Below, piece after piece: positions 40,276 through 50,256 of a stretch of DNA of 51,728 nucleotides. Made by a program: the position numbers and the translations under genes. The stretch lies in assembly GCA_043734785.1 (NCBI GenBank), contig JAYTEX010000089.1, forward strand, positions 1 through 51,728, written 5' to 3'. The stretch's first letter is position 1; each line of letters starts with the position of its first letter. The notes beneath the pieces are model-generated. The model saw only the letters and a list, made by a program, of their open reading frames with translations. It was not told the DNA's origin and ran no database searches. Origin of the DNA: Pseudomonadota bacterium. Its GTDB lineage: Bacteria; Pseudomonadota; Gammaproteobacteria; Ga0077536.

Positions 40276-40978
40276 GTGTCATCGATTCGATCGATGTCGC
40301 TGCACTGGCAAACCTTTGCTGACCTTGATGCGCTGAACGCCTGTGCTGCCGGGCACATCACGGACCTGGCCGCGCAGGGGATTGCGCGCGATCGGCGGTT
40401 CCGTATCGTGCTGGCCGGCGGTCGTACGCCGCAGGCGATATACACGCTGCTGCGTGGCACGCATACCGAGTGGTCGCGTTGGGAGATTTTTTTCAGCGAC
40501 GAACGTTGCGTGGCGATTACCGACGCCGAACGCAATGCTCGCATGGCGCGCGAATGTCTGCTCGACCACGTGCCGGTGCCGGCCGCGCAGATTTTCGAGA
40601 TCCCGGTCGAACTCGGTGCCGAGATGGCAGCGGTGCGTTACGGCGCACTGGTCGCGGCGCACACCCCATTCGACCTCGTCATCCTTGGCGTCGGGGAGGA
40701 TGGCCATACGGCGAGTCTGTTTCCAGCGCAGCCACTTGACCCGCTCGCGTGGGCGGTTGCCGTGCATGGTGCTCCGAAACCCCCGAATCCCCGCGTTAGT
40801 CTCGGTGTTCGTGCGTTACGCGCGACCCGGCAAGTGCTCGTGCTCGCCCCCGGTGTGGGTAAGCAAGCGGCACTGCAAGCGTGGCGCGCAGGCGCGCGAC
40901 TGCCGATCGCCACGGTGACTGAGGGATTATCTGGACTGGTGCTGGTTGACCGCGCGGCAAATATTGATTTTCTAAGCG

Positions 40979-40989
<11 letters not shown>
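40276..40989 (+). CDS. pgl: 6-phosphogluconolactonase
   Basis: [35 protein letters not shown]; start may be ATG 40294. Confidence 0.93.
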
Positions 40990-42271
<1,282 letters not shown>

Positions 42272-42552
42272 CGAAAATCTCCTCGCTGACTGTGTCGTTA
42301 GGTTCGCTGCAAAAGGCTGGGGATCGTGCGGCACCGAACGGGGTCGGCGGCTTGGTTGAATCCTAGGCCTCTCCGGCCAATTTGGCAAAAGAGAGTCGGT
42401 GACCGGTGATGTTGGGGCGAGCGATACTGGGTGGCCATCGCGCACACATGACTATTCGCAGCACCTACCTTTATGCTCAAGTATCAGCAAGATTGATTGG
42501 ACTAATGAGGTGACTGTTCCTAGGATGGAGCCCGTTGCTACTGGAGACCGCC

Positions 42553-43752
42553 ATGGATTTTCAACCCAATGCTCGCATTCTCGATCTCACGCGGCGGATG
42601 CGCGAAATTGTCGATAACGACGTCATCGCGCTCGAGCCACAGTTCCTGACCGAAGGTTTCGATGCCGTTTACGAGGCGCTTCAGGGGGTCCGTAAGAAGA
42701 TCAAAGCGGCTGGACTGTGGGCGCCAAATCATCCGCCGGAGTATGGCGGCATGGGGCTCGCGCTCGTCGACCACGGGCTGGTGTCTGAAGTACTCGGTCG
42801 CAGCCCACTCGGGCATTACAGCTTCGGCTGCAATGCGCCGGATGCGGGCAACATTGAAACCCTGCACCTGTTTGGCAATCCGCAGCAGAAGGCCGAATGG
42901 CTGCCGCGCATCGTAGGCGGCGAACGCAGCGCGTTTGTGATGACTGAGCGCGACAATTCGGGCGCTAATCCAATTTTTCTCTCGACCACGGCCGTGCGCG
43001 AGGGCGACGAGTGGGTAATAAACGGCAAAAAATGGTTTATTACCGGCGCGCAAGGCGCGGTGGTCAATCTGGTCATGGTCTCTACCGACCCCAAGGCGGG
43101 GCCGCACAGCCGCCAAAGCATCATCATTGTGCCGTCCAATACGCCCGGCTATTCGATCGATAAGGCCACTCCCATCATGGGCCACGCCAATGGCGGCCCG
43201 TATGGCCATTGCGAAGTGAGCTTCACCGAATGTCGTGTCCCGTATCACAACCTGCTCGGCAGGGAAGGCGAAGGCTTTCGTATGGCGCAGGCTCGCCTCG
43301 GACCGGGGCGCATCCATCACTGCATGCGCTGGCTCGGGATTTGCGCGCGCTCACTCGAGCTGATGACCCAACGCGCCGCCACGCGCGTGATCGGCGAGGG
43401 CGATCGACGTCTGGCCGACAGTGACATCATCAAGACCTGGATCGCCGAATGTGCGGCCGAGATTCGCGCTGCGCGTTTGATGACGCTGTTCACCGCCTGG
43501 CGCATCGAACAGGTCGGCACCAAGGAAGCCCGCAACGATATCAGCATGATCAAATACCACGTCGCAGAGGTTTTGATGAAAGTCGTTGATCGCGCGATGC
43601 AAGTGCACGGCGCACTCGGCATCACCGACTACACGCCTTTATCCTTCTTCTACCGCGAAGATCGCGGCTCGCGCATCTACGACGGTCCGGACGAGGTCCA
43701 CAAACTGTCCGTGGCGCGCCGGATCATCGAACGTGGCGGCCGGATCGACTGA
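42553..43752 (+). CDS. Acyl-CoA dehydrogenase family protein (ACAD10/11-like paralog)
   Basis: [42 protein letters not shown]; GGAG SD. Confidence 0.92.
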   Translation: MDFQPNARILDLTRRMREIVDNDVIALEPQFLTEGFDAVYEALQGVRKKIKAAGLWAPNHPPEYGGMGLALVDHGLVSEVLGRSPLGHYSFGCNAPDAGNIETLHLFGNPQQKAEWLPRIVGGERSAFVMTERDNSGANPIFLSTTAVREGDEWVINGKKWFITGAQGAVVNLVMVSTDPKAGPHSRQSIIIVPSNTPGYSIDKATPIMGHANGGPYGHCEVSFTECRVPYHNLLGREGEGFRMAQARLGPGRIHHCMRWLGICARSLELMTQRAATRVIGEGDRRLADSDIIKTWIAECAAEIRAARLMTLFTAWRIEQVGTKEARNDISMIKYHVAEVLMKVVDRAMQVHGALGITDYTPLSFFYREDRGSRIYDGPDEVHKLSVARRIIERGGRID

Positions 43753-43762
43753 GGCAAATCCC

Positions 43763-44527
43763 CTGTCACGCAATCACTTTGATCTGGACGGCAAGGTAGC
43801 GCTGGTGGCGGGCGGTAGCCGTGGTATCGGTGAAGCCATCGCGCGCATCCTGGCTGAATACGGCGCGCACGTCATCGTCACCAGCCGCAAGGTGGAAGGC
43901 TGTAGAGTGGTGGCCGATTCAATCGTCGCGGCGGGTGGCAAGGCCGAGGCCTACGCCTGCCACCTCGGTGACATGGCGCAGATTGAGCAGGTGTATAAGC
44001 ACGTCGATGAAGCCCATGGCCGCCTCGATATTCTGGTCAACAACGGGGTTGCGAACCCCTACTACGGCCATGTGCTGGATACCCCGGTTTCGGCCTTCGA
44101 GAAAACCCTTGAGGTTAATCTGCGCGGATATTTTTATATGTCGGTGAACGCCGCCAAACGGATGCGAGAAACCGGCGGCGGCGCGATCGTGAATGTCGCT
44201 TCGGCGAACGGCATTACGCCGGGCGATAAGCAGGCGGTGTACTCGATTACGAAGGCGGGCATTCTCAACATGACCCGTGCGTTTGCCAATGAATGCGGCG
44301 AGTTCAATATCCGTGTGAATGCGCTGATCCCTGGCGTTACTAAAACCAAGTTCGCGCAGGCGCTGCATGATGACGAAGATTTTCTCGCACCGGCGCGTGC
44401 GCGCACGCCGCTCAAGCGATCGGCAGAACCCTCGGAAATGGCGGGTGCTGTGCTCTACCTAGTGTCCGGGGCATCGTCCTACACCACCGGCAGCTTTGTG
44501 ACTGTGGACGGCGGATATCTGGCCTAA
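43763..44527 (+). CDS. SDR-family oxidoreductase; probable CTG start
   Basis: FDLDGKVALVAGGSRGIG, DILVNN, YSITK, IRVNAL.PG, VDGG; GAGG 8 nt upstream of CTG. Confidence 0.88.
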   Translation: MSRNHFDLDGKVALVAGGSRGIGEAIARILAEYGAHVIVTSRKVEGCRVVADSIVAAGGKAEAYACHLGDMAQIEQVYKHVDEAHGRLDILVNNGVANPYYGHVLDTPVSAFEKTLEVNLRGYFYMSVNAAKRMRETGGGAIVNVASANGITPGDKQAVYSITKAGILNMTRAFANECGEFNIRVNALIPGVTKTKFAQALHDDEDFLAPARARTPLKRSAEPSEMAGAVLYLVSGASSYTTGSFVTVDGGYLA

Positions 44528-44613
44528 CGTATGGCGCCCGTCGCTGCGGGTTTCAGCCGCGATTCCTATATACAATACGGGGATAGGCAAAACATCCCGG
44601 GTTGAACCGCTTT

Positions 44614-46413
44614 ATGAGTCTGCTAGTCAATCGCCGCGACGTCGAATTCTTACTCTACGAGGTTCTGCATATTGAGGATCTCACGCGTTGCGCCCGCTTC
44701 GCTGGGCAGGACCGCGCCGTCTATGACGCCACACTCGATGCCGCAGAGGCGATCGCGACCGACAAATTTGCGACGCATGCCGCCAAGGTAGATACAGAAG
44801 AGCCAACTTTTGACGGTGAGCGCGTCCATCTGATCCCCGAAATGAAAGAGGCGTTAGACGCCTATGTCGAGGCCGGTTTTATGGGCGCCTCGTTCGACAG
44901 CGACATCGGCGGCATGCAGTTGCCGTGGACGATAGCCCAGTGCTGTGCGCTGTATTTCTGTGCGGCGAATATTTCGACCACCGCCTATCCCTTCATCACG
45001 ATCGCCGCCGCTAACCTGCTGAGCTATTTCGGATCTGCGGAGCACAAGAAAAAATATCTCGCTGCGCTGGTCAGCGGCCGCTTCTACGGCACGATGTGTT
45101 TGTCCGAGCCGCAGGCAGGATCATCCCTGGCCGATATCCGCACGCGCGCAGTGCCGCAGCCTGCAGGGCATTATCTGATCACGGGCAACAAGATGTGGAC
45201 CTCGGCGGCCGAACACAATCTGTCCGAGAATATCCTCCACATGGTGCTCGCCAAGATTCCGGGCGGCCCACCAGGCGTCAAAGGGATCTCGCTGTTCCTG
45301 GTGCCGAAGTTTATGGTCAATGACGACGGCTCGCTTGGGGCACGGAATGACGCCTACATCACCGGGCTCAATCATAAAATGGGCTACCGCGGCACGGTCA
45401 ACACCGTGTTCAATCTGGGCGATCACGGCCAGTGTATCGGGTACCTGATTGGCGAAGCGCACCAGGGCCTGAACTACATGTTTCACATGATGAACGAGGC
45501 GCGGGTCGGGGTTGGCCTCGGTGGCGTGGCGTTGGGCTACACCGGTTATCTGTATGCTTTGAAGTATGCGCGGGAACGCCCGCAAGGGCGCCTGCCGGAG
45601 AACAAAGATCCGGCGAGTCCGCAGGTTCCCATCATCCAGCATGCGGATATCCGTCGCCTGTTGCTCGCGCAGAAGGCCGCCGTGGAAGGCGGGCTTGCGC
45701 TGGTCCTCTACTGTGCTCACCTGCTCGATCTACAGCGCACGAGTCTGGCGGCGGCAGAACTCGAACGGGTCGGGCTGCTGCTCGATCTACTCACGCCGAT
45801 TGCCAAGTCCTGGCCCGGTGAATTTTGTCTGGAGGCGAACAAGCATGCGATCCAGATTCATGGTGGCGCCGGCTATACCCGCGACTATCCCGTGGAACGA
45901 TTTTATCGCGATAACCGTCTGAACCCGATTCACGAAGGTGCGCATGGGATTCATGGCATCGATCTCCTTGGGCGCAAAGTAGCGATGCGCGATGGCGCGG
46001 CGCTGAAGGCCTTGCAGGCTGAAATCTCACGCACACTGGAGGATGCGGCCGCGCACGCCGCGCTTGGCGAGTTCCGCACCTTGCTCAGCACTGTGTTCCA
46101 GCAACTGCTGGGAGCGACCGTGGCCATTGGCGGTTTACGGGAACGCGGCGAAGGGACGCGCGCGCTGGCGAATGCCGGGATTTATCTGGATACCTTCGGG
46201 CATGTCGTGATTGCTTGGCTGTGGCTGCGCCAGGCAGTCATCGCCGCTGCCGCGATCCCCGGCGCGAGTGCCGTCGAGGGCGCCTTCTATCGCGGCAAGC
46301 TACAGGCCTGCCAGTACTTTTATCGTTACGAGCTTGCCACCGTGCCCGAGCGCCTGACCTTGCTTGCGGCAGGCGATGAGACCTGTCTCGCCATGGCGGA
46401 CGAGTGGTTTTGA
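44614..46413 (+). CDS. Long-form acyl-CoA dehydrogenase
   Basis: GTMCLSEPQAGSSL, GVKGISLF.VP, MFHMMNEAR, IQIHGGAGY, NPIHEG..GI...DLLGRK. Confidence 0.93.
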   Translation: MSLLVNRRDVEFLLYEVLHIEDLTRCARFAGQDRAVYDATLDAAEAIATDKFATHAAKVDTEEPTFDGERVHLIPEMKEALDAYVEAGFMGASFDSDIGGMQLPWTIAQCCALYFCAANISTTAYPFITIAAANLLSYFGSAEHKKKYLAALVSGRFYGTMCLSEPQAGSSLADIRTRAVPQPAGHYLITGNKMWTSAAEHNLSENILHMVLAKIPGGPPGVKGISLFLVPKFMVNDDGSLGARNDAYITGLNHKMGYRGTVNTVFNLGDHGQCIGYLIGEAHQGLNYMFHMMNEARVGVGLGGVALGYTGYLYALKYARERPQGRLPENKDPASPQVPIIQHADIRRLLLAQKAAVEGGLALVLYCAHLLDLQRTSLAAAELERVGLLLDLLTPIAKSWPGEFCLEANKHAIQIHGGAGYTRDYPVERFYRDNRLNPIHEGAHGIHGIDLLGRKVAMRDGAALKALQAEISRTLEDAAAHAALGEFRTLLSTVFQQLLGATVAIGGLRERGEGTRALANAGIYLDTFGHVVIAWLWLRQAVIAAAAIPGASAVEGAFYRGKLQACQYFYRYELATVPERLTLLAAGDETCLAMADEWF

Positions 46414-46423
46414 GGAGCGAACC

Positions 46424-48043
46424 ATGAATATGATCGACTACGAGGCGGAACGCGCGCGCTATCGTTGGCAACCACCGGCGCGCTTTAATTTTGCACGCGA
46501 TGTCATCGACGTTCACGGTGAGCGGGATCCGCACAAGCTTGCGATGCTGTGGATCGATGATCACGGCAGCGAACGCCGGATCACCTATCGTGAAATGAGT
46601 ACGCGCTCACGGCGGCTCTGCAATGTGCTGGCTGCCGCAGGCATCCAACGTGGCGATACCGTCATCGTGATGCTGCCGCGACTGGTGGCCTGGTGGGAGG
46701 TCGTCACTGCATGTCTGCGGATGGGCGTTATCGTGTCACCCGGGACGGGTCAGCTCGCGCCGAAAGATCTCGCCTACCGTATTGAAGCCGCGCAGGCCAC
46801 CGTGTTTATTACCGAACACAAGCACGTCGCGAAACTCGACGCGATAGCCGAGGTCGCGGCGCGCTTGAAACTCCGGCTGTGTGTCGACGGCGCACCCTCG
46901 GGCTGGGTGAATTACGAAACTGCCGTGGCGGATGCCGCAGAGGTCTTTGAGGCGGCGGACACCGCGCCCGATGACGATGCGCTGTGCTATTTCACCTCGG
47001 GCACGACTGGCTATCCGAAAATGGCGATCCAGACGCAAGGTTATGGCCTCGCGCATCACATCACCGGTCATTACTGGCTCGATCTCACGCCAGAAGATCT
47101 GCACTGGAATCTAAGCGATACCGGGTGGGCGAAGGCCGCCTGGAGTAGCTATTTTGGGCCTTGGAATTGCGGCGCCACGTTGTTCATCCACCACAGCGAG
47201 ACCTTCGATCCGCAACGTACCCTGGAGATCCTGGCGCAATATCCGATCACGACTTTCTGCGGCGCGCCGACGATCTATCGCATGCTCGTGTTGCAGGATT
47301 TGAGTGCGTATCAGTTTCCGCATCTGCGGCATGTGGTGGGTGCCGGTGAGCCGCTCAACCCGGAAGTCATCGAAACCTGGCAAGCCGCCACCGGTTTGAC
47401 CATTCGCGATGGTTATGGCCAGACCGAATCAGTGCTGCTGTGCGCGAGCTTTCCGTGTCTCACGCCGCGCTTTGGTTCGATGGGCAAACCCTCCCCCGGC
47501 ATCGATCTCGCGGTGATTGATGACGATGGCAAGCCCATGCCGCCTGCTCGCGAAGGCGACGTGGCCGTGCGCGTGGAACCGACTTGGCCGCCGGGGCTAT
47601 TCAAAGAATACCGTGGTGACGAGGAGCGCACGCGCAAGTGCTTTCGCCATGGCTGGTACCTCACTGGCGACCGCGCGTATGTCGATGCCGACGGCTACTT
47701 TTGGTTTGTTGGCCGTGCGGATGACGTGATCAATTCGGCGGGCTACCGCATCGGGCCGTTCGAGGTCGAGAGTGCGCTGCTCGAACATCCGGCAGTGGCG
47801 GAATCCGCAGTGGTCTCGAGCCCCGATGAAATGCGCGGTGAAGTGGTCAAGGCCTTCGTGGTTTTGAAGCCTGGCTATGTTGGCAGCGCGGCGCTTGGGA
47901 AAGCCTTGCAGGAACATGTGAAGGCGGTGACCGCGCCCTACAAATATCCGCGCAAGATAGAGTTCGTGAATGAGCTGCCGAAGACCGTAAGCGGCAAGAT
48001 TCGCCGAATCGAATTGCGCGAACGAGAATGGAACCAGCAGTAG
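46424..48043 (+). CDS. Acyl-CoA synthetase (medium-chain/ACSM-like AMP ligase)
   Basis: FTSGTTGYPK, DTGWAK, GAGEPLN, DGYGQTE, YLTGDRA, GYRIGPFEVES, LPKTVSGKI. Confidence 0.93.
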   Translation: MNMIDYEAERARYRWQPPARFNFARDVIDVHGERDPHKLAMLWIDDHGSERRITYREMSTRSRRLCNVLAAAGIQRGDTVIVMLPRLVAWWEVVTACLRMGVIVSPGTGQLAPKDLAYRIEAAQATVFITEHKHVAKLDAIAEVAARLKLRLCVDGAPSGWVNYETAVADAAEVFEAADTAPDDDALCYFTSGTTGYPKMAIQTQGYGLAHHITGHYWLDLTPEDLHWNLSDTGWAKAAWSSYFGPWNCGATLFIHHSETFDPQRTLEILAQYPITTFCGAPTIYRMLVLQDLSAYQFPHLRHVVGAGEPLNPEVIETWQAATGLTIRDGYGQTESVLLCASFPCLTPRFGSMGKPSPGIDLAVIDDDGKPMPPAREGDVAVRVEPTWPPGLFKEYRGDEERTRKCFRHGWYLTGDRAYVDADGYFWFVGRADDVINSAGYRIGPFEVESALLEHPAVAESAVVSSPDEMRGEVVKAFVVLKPGYVGSAALGKALQEHVKAVTAPYKYPRKIEFVNELPKTVSGKIRRIELREREWNQQ

Positions 48044-48044
48044 T

Positions 48045-49436
48045 TTGAGCACTTCCGAGGCTGCACGCACAGAGATTCGCGCGCAGCGCATCGCACTGAT
48101 CACACTGGTGATCAGCTCCTTCGCGCTGCCGCTGATGTTGTCGGCCGTCAATGTCGCGCTGCCATCAGTGGCGCGAGCACTGCGCATGGATGCAGTCCAG
48201 TTGAGCTGGGTGCAACTCGCGTTTCTCACGACCAGTGCCGCTACCGTGCTGGCGTTCGGTCGCCTAGCGGATCTGGTCGGGCGCAAACGGATCTACACGC
48301 TCGGCACGGTCGCGCTAATGATCTCCTCGGTGCTTGCCGCGAGTGCGCGCAATGCGGACATGCTGCTCATTTTCCGCGGGCTGCAGGGTGCGAGTGCGGC
48401 CATGATCTATGCCACCCAGATTGCGATTTTGACGTCGATATATCCCCCGCAGCAGCGCGGACAAGCGATCGGCATGCTGGTTTCCGCCGTGTATTTCGGG
48501 CTGACTTGCGGGCCGCTGTTAGGCGGCTGGCTGATTGAATATTTCAACTGGCGCGCGGCATTCGTGGCCCATTTGCCGCTGACAATCCTCGTGCTGCTGT
48601 GTGGGATCCCGCGCATCCGCGGGGAATGGAAGGCGGATAAACCTGGCAGGTTCGATCTGCCGGGCGCGTCGCTCTACGGCGGATCGATCGTGTGTTTGAT
48701 GTGGGGTGGGACCCACCTGCCGCATTTAAGCGGGCTTCTCGGCATGCTGGCAGGCGCGTTCGGCATCGCGAGCTTCTTTCGCCATCAGCACGGGCGCAAG
48801 GATCCGATATTCGATGTGAGCCTGTTCTACAGCAATCGAGTGTTTGCGTTGTCGTCGCTGGCCTCCTTGTTGATGTATGCCACGACCTATTCGACGCTCG
48901 TGTTGGTAAGCTTGTACCTGCAATATCTGAAGGGACTGTCGCCAACCCAAACCGGCCTCGTCATGCTGGCTCAGCCGTTGATGTCAGCGCTGTTGTCGCC
49001 AGTGGCCGGACGCTTATCGGATCGGGTCGAGCCACGGGTGATCGCAACCTTAGGGGTGGCAACCACCGCGCTAGGGCTTTTTATGCTGTCGTGGTTGAAA
49101 CCCCTGTCGCCGCTTGCCTATGTGACAGCGTGCCTGGTCACGACCGGCATCGGCTTTAGCTTGTTTTCGTCGCCCAATGTGAACGCGATTATGAGCGGCG
49201 TCGACACACGGCTGTATGGCACAGCGGGTGCGGTTGTCGCCACCATGCGAGTGCTTGGCCAGCTCTGCAGCATGGGGTTGGTGGCGGCAGCCTTCGCGCT
49301 CACCATGGGACGGGTCGAGATCACGCCTGCGATTTATCCGCAATTGGCGCGCGCGCTGCAGTTGAGCTTCGTGATAGCGACGGGACTATGTGTTCCCGCA
49401 ATCCTCTGCTCGCTGGCGCGCGGACGGATGCGGTAG
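48045..49436 (+). CDS. MFS transporter (DHA2-like)
   Basis: VNVALP, GRLADLVGRKR motif A, R.LQG, GPLLGG, GRLSDR. Confidence 0.9.
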   Translation: MSTSEAARTEIRAQRIALITLVISSFALPLMLSAVNVALPSVARALRMDAVQLSWVQLAFLTTSAATVLAFGRLADLVGRKRIYTLGTVALMISSVLAASARNADMLLIFRGLQGASAAMIYATQIAILTSIYPPQQRGQAIGMLVSAVYFGLTCGPLLGGWLIEYFNWRAAFVAHLPLTILVLLCGIPRIRGEWKADKPGRFDLPGASLYGGSIVCLMWGGTHLPHLSGLLGMLAGAFGIASFFRHQHGRKDPIFDVSLFYSNRVFALSSLASLLMYATTYSTLVLVSLYLQYLKGLSPTQTGLVMLAQPLMSALLSPVAGRLSDRVEPRVIATLGVATTALGLFMLSWLKPLSPLAYVTACLVTTGIGFSLFSSPNVNAIMSGVDTRLYGTAGAVVATMRVLGQLCSMGLVAAAFALTMGRVEITPAIYPQLARALQLSFVIATGLCVPAILCSLARGRMR

Positions 49437-49440
49437 CTCG

Positions 49441-49460
49441 GCTTTCAGCGCGCTGAAAGC
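49441..49460. repeat. Perfect 20-bp palindrome GCTTTCAGCGCGCTGAAAGC
   Basis: Read directly, 4 nt after the MFS stop. Confidence 0.85.
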
Positions 49461-49613
49461 TTTAAGACAAAGGCGCGCGATAATCGGCGGGGCATGGGGT
49501 TCGCTCCCGCTGGCAAGTCTCGCGCTTGGGCGCATGGTACGATGCAGCAGACCCGCGACAAATTCATTTGCGCCGGTCAACCCCGATGCCTACGCTCCCG
49601 ACGAGGAATTCCG

Positions 49614-49910
49614 ATGCCCTACATGATTAAGACCATCGATAAACCGGATTCGCTCGCGAAACGCAACGAACTCCGTCCCGCGCACATCGTTTATCTGGAT
49701 AGCCAAGCGCACCATATCCTCGCTGCGGGTGCCTTGCTCAATGATGACGGCAGCGGCGGCCACGGTGGACTGATCCTAGTGAGCTGCGATAATCGGCGTG
49801 AGGCGGAGGAGTTCATCAACAATGATCCGTTCACTAAAGGCGGCTTGTTCGAAGCGATCGAGGTTACGCGCTGGCGCAAGGCCTACTTCGACTTCAAACG
49901 GTTGGTGTAG
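49614..49910 (+). CDS. YciI-family protein
   Basis: DKP...R...RPAH..YL, AAGALL, GGLILV, DPF.K.GLF; GAGGA SD. Confidence 0.9.
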   Translation: MPYMIKTIDKPDSLAKRNELRPAHIVYLDSQAHHILAAGALLNDDGSGGHGGLILVSCDNRREAEEFINNDPFTKGGLFEAIEVTRWRKAYFDFKRLV

Positions 49911-50256
49911 CCGGAGGGTTTAGGTCAAGACTAAGTCTGGGTCGCTGACAGCCACAAGACTAAAAATCCGAACGAGCGGGGAAGGCGCGTGCAGTTTGCA
50001 CCGCAATCGCAGGGGGGAGGGACCTGCCGGCGTCGAAAACAATCCAAATTGCGTGCGAAATAGGAAATAATTCGCGCGACGGTGCGCGCCCGCATGAGGG
50101 GGATCAGGCGCGCACCCTAAAAATCCGCGAGTGACGGCCACGTGTTCTCAAGCGCGGGGCTACCCAGCGTGAGGTCGAGCCTCCCGCGTCACTGAATGCG
50201 AATGGCCCTCGATCGTTTAACCGGAAGCTGCAAACGGCAGAAAAAGTAGGTAATCC

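Noticed and set aside
50041-50165. c-di-GMP-I riboswitch-like pieces (GAAA-type loop, CTAA, GGGGCTACC)
   Set aside because: Core GGCAAAC and GACGCAAA elements are absent; kept only as an unknown structured leader
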